Source: Tubiluchus corallicola (taxonomy: Eukaryota; Animalia; Priapulida). From it: 64,000 nucleotides of DNA. The translations under genes and the position numbers were made by a program. This document shows, one piece after another, positions 1-13,132 of the stretch. Positions within the stretch are counted from its first letter, which is position 1. Each line of letters starts with the position of its first letter. Below the pieces are notes generated by a model. The model saw only the letters and a list, made by a program, of their open reading frames with translations, was not told where the DNA came from and searched no databases. The stretch is from positions 1 through 64,000 of the forward strand of contig JAQGDQ010000562.1 of the NCBI GenBank assembly GCA_030141605.1, read 5' to 3'.

Positions 1-599
1 AATCTCCTAATATTATTTTACTTTACTCTCCTAATTACTTTAAATTAATATGTCTGAAATTGTACTGCAGGTCAAAAGTTCTACAAATGAATAAACAAAC
101 TTTACAAAAATAAACTAAATGTCAATTTTTGTTAAACAAACTACAATGTTAAGTGAGGACATTTTTTCATTATCAATTATTAAATTTCACACTACATTTA
201 ATGTAATTAAAATCTTGCCATCTATGAATTGCACATAAGTTTTAGAATGACAACAAATCACTCGAAAATGCAAATTATTGTTTCTAGGTGACTGCCTTAT
301 AATTATAATATCACTGTGCAAAACAACAAACAACATGTAGACACATTAAGCTCTTATGCTCCAAATTTTGATAAATACTTCAACCACTATCCACTAACAA
401 GTGTATAGTGCCCTAAAGGGTATGAGTGAATATATTAATCGGAGTAGCTAATAAGTTAACATTTTACTTCAAATTCTATTCACAACTGCCAAAGTATGCA
501 AGTATTCATTTGCCATACATATGTACAGTGTACACTAACATTATTCAGAAGAATCTGTCAAACACCATGCACACATAAATATTTACAACATTCACATAC

Positions 600-3500
600 C
601 AGCAGCAGAACCATGCCTTTCTCCTTTTGCTTCTTTTTTGAAAGCATACGATATTGCGATTGGTCGATTACAAAGATACTGGCTATTCATGGCTTCTATA
701 GCTGCATCTGATGCCTCAAAACTAGCAAAGTTTATAAACGCATAACCCTTGGAATTGCCAGTTTCTGGATCTCTCATTATCTAAACATAATATAAAACTA
801 CAGGTTAACTTACATAGTTGTCTATCTTAGAAATTATCTTAAATTGTCTGATATTCAGTTATTTCATATCACAAGAAACAACACAGTGCATATAAACATG
901 TATTTAAGAGAAGCAAGTGTAAGAGAAAATTACTGTTATAAAAACACTGGCAAACTAGAACAGCAGCATAAGAACTAAGATATCAAATTTGCAAAAAAAC
1001 TGAACCAAATTGTAAATTATATTCCTGACTTTGAAAGAGGTAAACTATGCTTGAACCTGAAATGATTTAATACCAGCTAGAACAAACGAGTTTAGTATTT
1101 ACGATGCATCAAATAAGTTCAGTAGCAACTGCTTGACAAACTCAGAGGACTTTTAATGTATCAAGACAAAATGACACAGGCCATGGCGTCACCGTTTATA
1201 AATTTTGAACTAGTATTTTTTTTTTGAAGAAACCATCTCAGTTCTTATTCAAATACAGAGTGACATATGTTACATAAGCATTTCATTTTAACCTTTAATT
1301 GTATTATGAGTGAGTTACTTTTAAGTCAATGGATACCTAAGATATTATGTTTCTGACAAAAATTTTTTACCTTTGGTGTTTGTAAAATAACTCCGAAAGC
1401 ACTAAATGTATCATACAGCAGTTTCTCATCAATTTCTGGATCGAGATTCCCGATGAATATGTTTGCACCCACATCCAGATTTTTCTGATGTGCTGATGCC
1501 TATAGCAAACACAGATAAGCCAAAAAAGTACAGCTAGCATATATGTGGCTATTAAAAACAAATTTGAGCTGTGCTGTAGATAAATGGACAACGGTAATGT
1601 GTGTTCAGCATGTTTTATCTAAGAGCAGAATATCTAACAATGTCCTAGCAACAACCAAATCTGCTAATGGAGTCAACAAGCAAGTGTTCAACAATCAAAC
1701 CTCCTAATGGAGTCAACAAGCAGTATTCAACAATCAAACCTCCTAATGGTGTCAACAATGCAAGTGTTCAACAATCAAACATTCTAATGAGCAACAGTGC
1801 ATGTTTCAACAATCAAACCTCTAATGGAGCAACAATGCAATGTTCAACAATCAAACCTCTAATGGAGCAACAATGCAAGTTTCAACAATCAAACCTCCTA
1901 ATGGAGTCAACAGTGCATGTATTCAACAATCAAACCTCCTAATGGTGTCAACAGTGCATGTGTTCAACAATCAAACCTCCTAATGGGCAACATGCAGTGT
2001 TCAACAATCAAACCTCCTAATGGCAACATGCAGTGTTCAACAACAAACCCCAAACAACACACAACAACAAACCCCAAACAACACATTCAACAATCAAACC
2101 TCCTAATGGTTTCAACAATGCAACAACAACAAACCCCAACAACAACAACAACAACAAACACAAACACACATCAACAATCAAACCTTCTAATGGAGTCAAC
2201 AATGCAACTGTTCAACAATCAAACCTTCTAATGGAGTCAACAATGCAACTGTTCAACAATCAAACATTCTAATGGAAGCAACAGTGCATGTATTCAACAA
2301 TCAAACCTTCAAACAACAACAACCAACAACAAACCCCAAACAACAACAACAACAACAAACCCCTAATGGAGTCAACAATGCAACTGTTCAACAATCAAAC
2401 CTCCTAATGGAGGCAACAATGCAAGTGTTCAACAATCAAACCTCCTAATGGAGTCAACAGTGCATGTATTCAACAATCAAACCTCCTAATGGTGTCAACA
2501 GTGCATGTGTTCAACAATCAAACCTCCTAATGGTGTCAACAGTGCATGTGTTCAACAATCAAACCTCCTAATGGAGTCAACAGTGCATGTGTTCAACAAT
2601 CAAACCTCCTAATGAAGTCAACAGTGCATGTGTTCAACAATCAAACCTCCTAATGGTTTCAACAATGCAAGTGTTCAACAATGAAACATTCTAATGGAGG
2701 CAACAGTGCATGTGTTCAACAATCAAACCTCTAATGGTTCAACAGTGCACGTGTTCAACAATCAAACATTCTAATGGAGGCAACAGTGCATGTGTTCAAC
2801 AATCAAACCTTCTAATAGAGTCAACAACAACCAACAACAAACCCCAACAACAACAACAACAACAAACACAAACACAGTGCATGTGTTCAACAATCAAACC
2901 TCCTAATGGTTTCAACAATGCAAGTGTTCAACAATGAAACATTCTAATGGAGGCAACAGTGCATGTGTTCAACAATCAAACCTTCTAATGGTTTCAACAG
3001 TGCACGTGTTCAACAATCAAACATTCTAATGGAGGCAACAGTGCATGTGTTCAACAATCAAACCTTCTAATAGAGTCAACAATGCAACTGTTCAACAATC
3101 AAACCTCCTAATGGTTTCAACAATGCAAGTGTTCAACAATCAAACATTCTAATGGAGGCAGCAGTGCATGTGTTCAACAATCAAACCTTCTAATGGAGTC
3201 AACAATGCAACTGTTCAACAATCAAACCTTCTAATGGAGTCAACAATGCAACTGTTCAACAATCAAACCTCCTAATGGAAGCAACAGTGCATGTATTCAA
3301 CAATCAAACCTTCTAATGGAGTCAACAATGCAACTGTTCAACAATCAAACCTCCTAATGGAGGCAACAATGCAAGTGTTCAACAATCAAACCTCCTAATG
3401 GAGTCAACAATGCAATGTTCAACAATCAAACCTCCTAATGGAGCAACATGCATGTATTCAACAATCAAACCTCCTAATGGTGTAACAGTGCATGTGTTCA

Positions 3501-6500
3501 ACAATCAAACCTCCTAATGGTGTCAACAGTGCATGTGTTCAACAATCAAACCTCCTAATGGTGTCAACAGTGCATGTGTTCAACAATCAAACCTCCTAAT
3601 GGAGTCAACAGTGCATGTGTTCAACAATCAAACCTCCTAATGAGTCAACAGTGCATGTGTTCAACAATCAAACCTCCTAATGGTTTCAACAATGCAAGTG
3701 TTCAACAATCAAACATTCTAATGGAGGCAGCAGTGCATGTGTTCAACAATCAAACCTTCTAATGGAGTCAACAATGCAACTGTTCAACAATCAAACCTTC
3801 TAATGGAGTCAACAATGCAAGTGTTCAACAATCAAACCTCCTAATGGAGTCAACAATGCATGTATTCAACAATCAAACCTCCTAATGGTGTCAACAATGC
3901 AAGTGTTCAACAATCAAACATTCTAATAGACGCAACAGTGCATGTATTCAACAATCAAACCTTCTAATGGAGTCAACAATGCAACTGTTCAACAATCAAA
4001 CCTCCTAATGGAGGCAACAATGCAAGTGTTCAACAATCAAACCTCCTAATGGAGTCAACAGTGCATGTATTCAACAATCAAACCTCCTAATGGTGTCAAC
4101 AGTGCATGTGTTCAACAATCAAACCTCCTAATGGTGTCAACAGTGCATGTGTTCAACAATCAAACCTCCTAATGGAGGCAGCAATGCAAGTGTTCAACAA
4201 TCAAGCCTCCTAATAGAGTCAACAGTGCATGTGTTCAACAATCAAACCTCCTAATGGAGTCAACAGTGCATGTGTTCAACAATCAAACCTCCTAATGAAG
4301 TCAACAGTGCATGTGTTCAACAATCAAACCTCCTAATGGTTTCAACAATGCAAGTGTTCAACAATCAAACATTCTAATGGAGGCAACAGTGCATGTGTTC
4401 AACAATCAAACCTTCTAATGGAGTCAGCAATGCAACTGTTCAACAATCAAACCTTCTAATGGAAGCAACAGTGCAAGTGTTCAACAATCAAACCTCCTAA
4501 TGGAAGCAACAGTGTTCAACCAAATGGCTCAATGAATGCCTTAGGATTAAAACTCATTATTAATCATAAAAGCATTAAACATTTCCAGAGTAACTGAGCA
4601 GTTTTCACCTACCTTGTTCACTCGAATGGGCTTCCCATATAATTTTATCATGTTCATTATTTTAATGCTGTAGTCAGCATCATCTTCTCCCATAAACTCA
4701 ATGAAGCCATATCCCTGATGTGATTGAGTCACTCTGTCCTTAGGCATGTGCACATTAACTGAAAAAAATAATACTAATCAGATGCAAATTATGGAAAACC
4801 TAACAAACATGAAGTAAATTTGCTTAATGTATGGAAGACCCCAATAAAAATCTATAAGTTTGCTGCTTGCGCCGCTTAAGTGTCTACAACTTAAGTGTCT
4901 GTAACTTAAGTGTCCATTGCTTGAAAAGTGTCCACTGCTCAAGTGCCACTGCTTGAAAGTGTCCACCCACTGCCCAAGTGCCACTGCTTGAAAGTGTCAA
5001 CCCACTACCCAAGTGCCATAGCTTGAAAGTGTCCACCCACTAGCCAAGTGCCATTGCTTGAAAAGTGTCCACTGCCCAAGTGCCATTGCTTGAAAAGTAT
5101 CCACTGTCCAATTGCCATTGCTTGAAAAGTGTCCACTGCCCAAGTGCCATTGCTTGAAAAGTGTCCACTGGCCAAGTGCCATTGCTTGAAAAGTGTCCAC
5201 TGCCCAAGTGCCATTGCTTGAAAAGTGTCCACTGCCCAAGTGCCATTACTTGACAAATGCCCACTATCCAAGTGCACCTGCTTGAAAAGTGCCACTGGCA
5301 AAGTATTCACTGTCGAAAAATGACTAAGTGTGATTGGTGCCCACAAAAATTACTCTTACCAGATTTTACTATTTTACAGTACATACCCACTGGTCCAGAC
5401 TGTACAAACAACTCCCATAATAGTGCTTCTGTGACTTTCTCATCCAAACCTCCAACATAGATGGTTGCATCTAAAAAATATTTATTGTTAAATATCACAA
5501 TAATTTCTATCATTGCAAAACTGTCAGAAAAATCTGGATATAAATCTATATTGCAAAATTAAAATTTTCATTCTTGAACAGAATTTTAAAGTAAAAGAAT
5601 AATTTTGTTACATATCTGCATTGAAAAACTTATTGACATCATTTTTAGAAATTACTAACAAGGCTGTGGAATTAGAGTCGGAGTCGTGGAGTCAGAGTCG
5701 GAGTCAGAGTCCGGAGTTTAATGTACCGACTCCACAGCCTTGAGTAATAAGAAGATACCCATTCATATCTGCTTAGTAAATCAAACATGTACTTGAACAG
5801 TTTTTCCATGTTTATACAAATCGACACTATAATCCACACCTGCATGTCTTTTGTCCTACGCTAATTACTAATTAGCCTGGCAAAGACAAGAGGTGAAACA
5901 TGCAAAATCTTATACTTATTGCAATATGTAATAGTCGATTATGTTAAGTTATGACAGAGTGCTTAGTCGAACATGATCGGCAACTGACTTTCGATAAAAT
6001 CAATTCAATGGAGTAGCGCTAAAATACAGTAACAGCAATTCTTTTTAACTGTGAGCTAGCACCAAAACAGTAAACTTTAATAATTGCTCAGGTTTTTGCA
6101 TCATTTTTAGACTACAAAATATTAAAATTTTGTAAGTCACTGGCTGTGAAAAGAAGCTGTCAATACAGGTAATACAAGCTGCAAAGTGCAAAAGAATAAA
6201 CTTACCTAAACTAATACTAACTGTTAGAATCTTAATTGTAGCAGTATTTAGTTCATGATAATTTAAATTTGTTTTTCCTTTGTCTGATAAGATAAGATAT
6301 ATTTATTTCTTATCTTATCAGACATTGATACTTATCTTATCAGATATTTCAGTATTTAGTATACAAGTTGTTTTAGGATTTAGCATTCCAGTATTGTACT
6401 TGTTCGATTGTCACTATGTATTTTACCCTCTTGCGTGGTTCAGTTTCACACTGTAAGCTATATAGCATGCCTAGTGATTGTGAAGAATTACATTATTATT

Positions 6501-7950
6501 TATTATTAACTAATTCTCATTTTGATGATTTGAGGAAGAGCTGTATTATATATGTTATTATTTTCTCTATTCTATAGCTTGTCACATTTTCACAGTAAAT
6601 TTTTACACATATTTTCAATTCATATTTAATTTGTTTTTATAAACCAGTTTTTCATTAAATTAATTTATAAATAATTTATCAATTTTATCTATTTTCATGT
6701 CTGAACATTCTGCCACTATAAAAATCAAATATACTATTGATGAGTAGACTACGGCCAAATCACGTTGAAAACACGGGTTCTTGCCTGATCATCAAAGTTA
6801 AGCAACGCAGAGCCTGGTTAGTAGTTGGATGGATGACCGCCTAGGAATACCAGGTGATGTAGGCTTGCGGGATGCACACACTGTATTTCGAAACTAGGCG
6901 GAGGAGGTCAAGTGACCCAATGGCCATGTGTAGAGGAGTAAATCTTCCAAAAGCAGGAGTGGAGCCCCGAAGGCGGACCAGTGCAGCATGCTCACTGACT
7001 CCGGCAGCCAACCTGGTGCCAAACGTATCACTCTGCTTTCCTTTGGACTACACCAGGGAGGAAGAGAGGGGGTTCCTGTTGTCTGGGCAATGCATGCACT
7101 CTGGAGACGTTCAAGGATCGCACTGCTCAGCCACAGTCGACGCTGCAGCTCCATCAATGTGATCAATAACTGACTCTCTTGGCGCACACTCCATTGTCTT
7201 CCGAGACAGAAGGGTGCCAACCATTTCAATACTTTTGATGATACTCGAGTTACAGGTGGCTCGACCCGGCAACCGTACGGTTTTTCGCCTCCCCATCTCT
7301 GTGTACAAATAGCATAGAAACTGCACATACCATAATATAATATGTGCTAACCATAGATTATTACTGTAATTACAGTAGATTGACAGGGTGAACCCTATAA
7401 GGCTTTTTGTCCTTCTTGAACATAGTTATCTCTCTAGTTAAACCTCTGTTAATCGTTCATTTCACGTTTTCTCCCTTGCAAATGACTAGTGTAAGACTGA
7501 GACAAATAAACGAATTAAATTGAATCGATGCCCCTCGCTACGTTACCGACCCACCGTGAATCTGGGACGGTTCACCTCCATACTACCCCCAAATGGCTAT
7601 CGTTAGGATGTCAGGGAAAAATCATTTTCACAAGCTGGTCACCCTGACTTCAATCATCAGACTTCTAGTATGTCGTCAAAGACTTTTAGAAGTATATTAT
7701 TCAAGACACAGTAGTAGTAAGGTAAGCCTCCTTTGAGTTTACAAATTTGACTATATATATGTTCGAGTAAACATTTCTTTACAAGTAGTAGTAGTAAAAC
7801 AATAGTTACAACAATTTTGCTCACACTACATAAAGCAAACTGTCGGCTTTAACACAATAACAAAAACTAATTAGTTTATTTCGATCAAAACAAAGGTAAT
7901 TGTGTATTATCTTTACCTTGATTACGCTCAGTAATTGGACCGGCCGCCAT
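600..7950 (-). CDS. SF3B4: Splicing factor 3B subunit 4 (SAP49), 5' part; spliced, 3' end beyond window start
   Basis: Exons in transcript order: 7917-7950, 5387-5470, 4613-4758, 1371-1499, 600-780. All junctions are GT-AG with matching phases. Translation [61 protein letters not shown]...[47 protein letters not shown]...[24 protein letters not shown]...GERHGSAA matches the two RRMs of SF3B4. Confidence 0.97.
1650..4520. repeat. 41-bp minisatellite array filling SF3B4 intron 3
   Basis: Unit approximately CAACAATCAAACCTCCTAATGGAGTCAACAGTGCATGTGTT (period 41, e.g. 2471 to 2512), on the order of 65-70 copies, no unique spacers. Confidence 0.95.
4875..5310. repeat. 32-bp minisatellite in SF3B4 intron 2
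   Basis: Unit AAGTGCCATTGCTTGAAAAGTGTCCACTGCCC, itself a dimer of ~16-nt AAGTG-containing subunits; preceded by CTTAAGTGTC x3. Confidence 0.9.
5659..5742. mobile_element. Tiny hAT-like MITE with (GAGTCG)n core
   Basis: 12-bp TIR CAAGGCTGTGGA (5659-5670) / TCCACAGCCTTG (5731-5742); flanks ATTACTAA and AGTAATAA match 6/8, consistent with a decayed 8-bp TSD. Confidence 0.7.
6744..7228 (+). mobile_element. 5S rRNA-derived SINE (SINE3-type) with GC-rich body and RTE-like 3' end
   Basis: Full-length 5S head followed directly by ~360 nt of GC-rich body with no TTTT terminator. Flanked by a 13-bp TSD with one mismatch: ATACTATTGATGA (6731-6743) / ATACTTTTGATGA (7229-7241). Confidence 0.85.
6747..6866 (+). 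pseudogene. 5S rRNA-derived sequence (SINE head; diverged 5S copy)
   Basis: GACTACGGCCAAATCACGTTGAAAACACGGGTTC...AGTTAAGCAACG (box A)...TTGGATGGATGACCGCC (box C)...GTGATGTAGGCTT, 120 nt colinear with metazoan 5S rRNA. Has scattered substitutions and no oligo-T terminator. Confidence 0.9.
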
Positions 7951-8062
7951 GCTTGCATTAGCAAAATGTCTGGTGTTGAAAAAAATGACAAATTTCAATT
8001 CAACTCATCTCAATTTATTTGCTCATATACATTGCAAAAAAATAATACAATTCACTGAATAT

Positions 8063-8140
8063 TAGAGATAAGCATTCTCTGCCAGACAGCGAATTTGAGC
8101 GAACCGAATTTTAGTATTTCGAATACGAATCGAATTTGAA
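8063..8140. mobile_element. Decayed copy of the TTCGAA-rich MITE seen at 15353-15448 (inverted orientation)
   Basis: TAGAGATAAGCATTCTCTGCCAGACAGCGAATTTGAGCGAACCGAATT aligns to the reverse complement of the right part of 15353-15448. Confidence 0.7.
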
Positions 8141-9169
8141 TTGAGTTTGAAAGATTGATTTTTGGAACCATTGTTAAAAAGTGGTCTTAAAAAGACCATG
8201 CAAATTACTTGATTTTGTTCTGCAGCAAAACCAATATTTGTTTGTTAAAAATTTTGCACAGAAACTGCAGCTAAATTGTACTAATTGCATACTGTTTCAA
8301 ACATTTTAATGATAAAGAACATATGTGGCTGAAGTGCTGAATTATCGATTCTATAATTTTTTACAGACAGTTATTTTAGTTTACAGATAGAGTTTTGGTG
8401 TATTGTAATTGTAATGATCGAAAAACCATTTATTTTCACCCCTACCATTATAATTATTGTGATGGTTCGATCCATTAAGTCACATTGCTTACCTGCTTTG
8501 CATACCAGATATAAAATTGTCGATATGGAATGGTCTGATTGATTCAGCAAATAAATGGGCTGTTTTTACCGTCATGGCACCTGTTTCATAAACACAACCA
8601 TCATGTATATGGCACCCGTACAGGACAAGTTTACTAGTGATTTATTTCTACAAATCTCTGCATGTCTGTCTTTGTAAAGTTTTTTATCAACCTGGCATTG
8701 AACCCGAACCACATGGCGTCCGCAATACGAGGAAAAAAACTGACTAGTAAAGCGACCAATCATACCCCCCTGGCGGCATTGCATTATTAACATGGCAAAG
8801 CTAGCAATAGATAATTATGATGAAACTACATGCAAAAAAATGCAATTAAATATTAAATTGCCATGCAAATGAGAAAAAAATCACCTGTGAGTAGAACTTA
8901 GCTACTCCAGCTGTTTAAGTAAAGTTTATAAAAAATAGAGTTAGAACAAAAAACAACAAAGGTACTATAATGCAATACATATTATACAAACATTTTTAAA
9001 TAATTTCTTTCTAAGTACATGCGACTGCACGCAGATAGTGCAACTACAAGTTTCATTGTTTTGCCTCATTAACTTGCTGGCCATTGAGAAATTTCACTTA
9101 ATACATAATATTCATTAAATTTGTTACAATGTGTATTTACACGAAAAAAACAGCCACGGATCTGTTAAG

Positions 9170-10085
9170 AAGTGTTTTTACTCCTAGTTATTACTGAACA
9201 AAACTAAATAATTAAACTAATGACTTTTGCTAATTACAAGCAACAGGCTACTCCCTAATATATTGCTCTGAGGTTTCTGAAACTAGAGTATTTCTGTAAA
9301 TTAGAAATGGCCAAGTTCATGTATAACTACCACTTGGGAATATTACACTATTTATGTAGCAACTTTTTTACAAAAATATCTGATGTTCATAATTACTACA
9401 CTAGAGCCTCAGTAAATAGTAACTTATGTCAGGACAGAGTCTGTACTAATCAACGTTTCCACACAATACAACATCGTGAAACTATTTTATGGAACTCCCT
9501 AAGACCAGGTATAAATCTCTACATCCATTAAAACACTAATATTAATATATAGAAACAAATTACTTCAGTTAATAACTTACAATTATTTCTAGACATCATT
9601 TTCTCTATGTAAAATTTGTTATCAAAAATCTTTAAAGTTACTCAAGTTTTTAAAAATTAGCTCTGTCCCTAAGGTCTTTAGCCTAAGATTTTGCCATTTC
9701 ATTTTGATTTCTTTAATGTCATTAATCTACCCCCACCCCCACCCCCATAGAAATTTGGCAAGACTGTATTATTTTTCTCATTACACTTACCATTATCATT
9801 CTATTGCCTAATCTCATTTTCAGTGTATGTATAAGAATGCATGTAGGTTATGTACGTATATAGACATATTTGCATTTTTATTTTTATGAATAATGTATTT
9901 ATGATTAATTGCTACTAGCACAATGTTAATGTTACTAACATCTAATTAGAGGCCACTGACTGGGTGACCGTATGGTCTTTTGTCACATCTGCTCATATTT
10001 ATCTGTATAATATGCACTAACATCTTAACTGCTGTATTAAGTTTATGAAGCTAAATAAATTTACTATTACTATTACAAAAAAAAA
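9170..10085 (+). mobile_element. 5'-truncated CR1/L2-group LINE 3' end (decayed)
   Basis: ORF2 C-terminus-like MAKFMYNYHLG...FFTKISDVHNYYTRAS; 3' UTR motif TGACTGGGTGACCGTATGGTCTTTTG at ~9957; AATAAA plus (TATTAC)n/A tail at ~10055-10085. Confidence 0.7.
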
Positions 10086-10245
10086 TCGGTATCGCTTGAG
10101 ATCGGTTTTTTTCGGGTTCGGAACAACACTGGTGCCGTCTCTGAATTGAATTGAAGCTAAATAAATTCACTATTATTATTACAAAAAGAAAACAAAAAAT
10201 CGTTATCGCTTGAGATCGGTTCGGAACAACACTGGTGCCATCTCA
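10047..10245. repeat. ~105-bp tandem duplication of LINE tail plus adjacent sequence
   Basis: GAAGCTAAATAAAT...TATCGCTTGAGATCGGTT...CGGAACAACACTGGTGCC occurs at ~10047-10140 and again at ~10153-10243. Confidence 0.8.
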
Positions 10246-10619
10246 GCTAACGAAGCACACCAAATTACGAAATTCTTTGATTTAAATTATTCAATTCGAA
10301 TGTTTAATGCTTGCTTAGTTGCTTACCTCTAGTGCTCACAACTAGCAAATTGCTCGTTTGCGAACATCAACTTACGCAGGCCTTGTTGATATGGGTGCAC
10401 ACTGCTCACAGCTTTAGCTTTTCTGTTTGTTCAGAATCCTGTTATTTTCCATTTGTTCCTTTTTGTCTGATGATCGACTGGATTTTGTCAGGTCTGTAGC
10501 GTAGGTGTCACGAAGAAATATGAATTTTGCGGTGCGCTCGTTGCGTCGACTCGCATGTTCAGTATGATGGCGGCTGCCTTGATTGTTTGTTAAATTTATG
10601 TGTAACGCACGTTGCACAA

Positions 10620-12420
10620 ACGGGGTGTGTGCACTGTAAGCAAGAAAGTGAAGCAAGGGCTAATACATTTATGCGGCAATTACAAATAGTGGGAAAGGAA
10701 TTTGAAACGCAATTAATAACAGAACACGAAGTTAAAAAGGAAATAAAAAGACAAGAAAAAAAGCGGCAGATCAAAGAGGTTGGAAAATTGTTATTGTTGA
10801 TAATGGTGGGTGAGGGACTAATTAACAGCCTTACATGCATGTTTAGAAAATATAAGTGACTAAAGAAATACCAGAAGATTGGAAAAAAATCAAAGTAAAA
10901 TCGATGTATAAAGGCGAGGGGTCAAAGAAAGATATGGAAAATAGAAGAGGAACCTTTTTTACAAGTGTGATTGCAAAATTGTTAGAGAGAATTATAGTAA
11001 ATAGGAACCTTGAAATTTTTCAAAATCAAGTGAGTATATTACAAAATGGAGGAAAAAACGTAGAAGTACAGCTGATAATTTGCTCACATTAAGAGCAATA
11101 ATTGATTACAATAGGATGCTGAATAATGATATTTATTTCTTTTTTGGGGATGTACAAAAATGTTTTGATATGTTTACGGGATTCAGTAATCGAAATGTGG
11201 AAAATGGGTGTAAGCGCTCAGCACTCATTACTGGTGTATAACATAAATAAAGAAGCAAATGTAATAATTGAAACTCCAGTATGATTAACAGAAGACATCA
11301 AAATGTTGGAATCAGTGAGACAAGGCACTCCTATTGTACTAAAATTATGTTCAATTACACTGAATGATGTAATAAATAATAAAAAATTTCCAAGTACACG
11401 TGTAAGCCCTAATTTGACTGTTGGAATGATGTTATATGTAGATTTTTGTGATAGCTGTAGGGTCTAAACAAACAATAAGGAAAGCCATAGAAAATTTTAA
11501 AGTGCTGGAAGACACCAAGAAGTTAACATTTAGCTTGAAAAAAATTAAATATATGAAAACTAAATTCACAAAGAAAAAGAGTAATGAAGAAATACAAGGC
11601 AAATTAGGAAATGGAATAATCCAGAGGACAGACAAGTATAAATATTTAGGTGACTGGATAAATGCAAAATGCAACTATGAATTATTACTTGAAAAAAAAT
11701 GGAGAAGCCAAAGTACATGATAAGAGAAAGAATGAGAATCAGAAATGAGCAATATACATGTAAAAAAGCAACAGACGTAAGATTACTTATGTATGAAACT
11801 ATGATAATCCCGTCAATATTAAACAATTGTGAAACATGGATGAATATTAAAAAAAGATGAATGGGAGCATGTGGAAAAAATACAAAAGGAGATGCCGAGA
11901 AGAACTCCGAATTAAAAAATTAACACTCTGTACTGGGGCATGTTAGCAGAAACAGGTTCGTGGCCTATGCAAAAATGGGTTGACTTTAAAATGGCTATGT
12001 TTTATCATTCATTGATGAACTCAGATGTAAACAGATTAGCAAAACAAGATTGTTAGTATTCAGAAATTAGTGAAATGGTGGATAAATATGGAATGAAAGA
12101 TAAGATTAAGCAAATAAAAAATGGAGAAATTAAAAAATCAACATGGAAAAAAGAAATAAAAAAAGCTATAAATCGAGAAATATTATAGGAACAAAGATAA
12201 AGTACAGAGAATGACAAAATTAAGATTTCTTGATGGTGAGAAATATGAGAAACAAGATATAACAGAGGAGTGTGGTATTGCAGATATACTAAATATAATG
12301 GAAATTAAGTTAAATTGAAGGAATTGAAATGCAATTACAAAGGAAATAAATGGGAAGATTTGCTATGTCTTAAGTGCAGGATTCAGGAAGATACAACAGA
12401 ACATGTGCTTCACATGTGAT
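10620..12420 (+). mobile_element. Degenerate non-LTR retrotransposon ORF2 (reverse transcriptase to C-terminal Cys/His finger)
   Basis: Frameshifted fragments IPEDWKKIKVKSMYKGEGSKKDMENRRGTFFTSVIAKLLERII, SVRQG, KYKYLGDWIN and a terminal CLKCRIQEDTTEHVL. Confidence 0.85.
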
Positions 12421-13132
12421 AATCCGCTTCACAAACTAATTTCTCATATGTGGGCAATTGTAAACTATAAATTCTATATAATCAATTAATAATAAAACTA
12501 GTAAACAAGTTTGGTTCCTTATAAATGTATTGGGGACAAGCCATTTGTGTATGGAAAAATTGAGCGCTGCCATTTGGGTGCCAGACACTAGGGCACTAGC
12601 TCACTTGCGCATGAGACATTTCAGCACCAGTGCTGACATGTGATGTGCTGCCACGTGACTCCATCATGCAAGAACACCGTGACATGATTTCTGTGTATCG
12701 TTGAAACATTTAAAGTTCTTGGTCTGAGTTACAGACTGCACGTATTAGGCTGTAACAGCCAGCATCGCAATAAGTTATTGGATGGTGCTGCCATCTGCAT
12801 AATGAATTGGTAGGCATTGTCGCTCACTTTAACTGGCAGTCAAAAAACAATGGATAGTGTGCTGGCTGGATGCCGTTATACTTATTTACAAATATCTCTG
12901 AGGGAAATTTGTGAGGTTTATGTTTATGTCCGACAAGTTAATTTGACAAGATTATCAGTATTTTGGTTGTGTAGAAAATGAACGTTACATTTACTTACTT
13001 TGAATTTGAGTTTTCTTCGAAATTATGTTGATCTTATAATCTCTGCTGAAGGAATTACGGATCACGCCGTGCAGCAAGCCGCTACACTATATGTATCACA
13101 CATTTAACGAGGGATATACACCAAAAAAACTT

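Noticed and set aside
2040-2880. C/A-only islands (CAACAACAAACCCCAA) within the 41-bp array
   Set aside because: They match the repeat unit with T and G bases dropped, and neighbouring units carry single-base deletions. Most likely consensus or polishing artefacts rather than biology.
1650-4520. CRISPR-like appearance of the 41-bp array (also 46800-48055)
   Set aside because: Head-to-tail units with no unique spacers, no cas genes, and a location inside eukaryotic introns.
6747-6866. Functional 5S rRNA gene
   Set aside because: Single diverged copy without an oligo-T terminator, fused to a body and enclosed by a TSD; better explained as a SINE head.
6872-7328. Overlapping ORFs of 61-144 aa
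   Set aside because: They arise from the GC-rich SINE body; no recognisable protein motifs or splice structure.
7384-7646. Possible MITE with CAGGGTGA / TCACCCTG ends
   Set aside because: Only an ~8-bp inverted match and no matching TSD.
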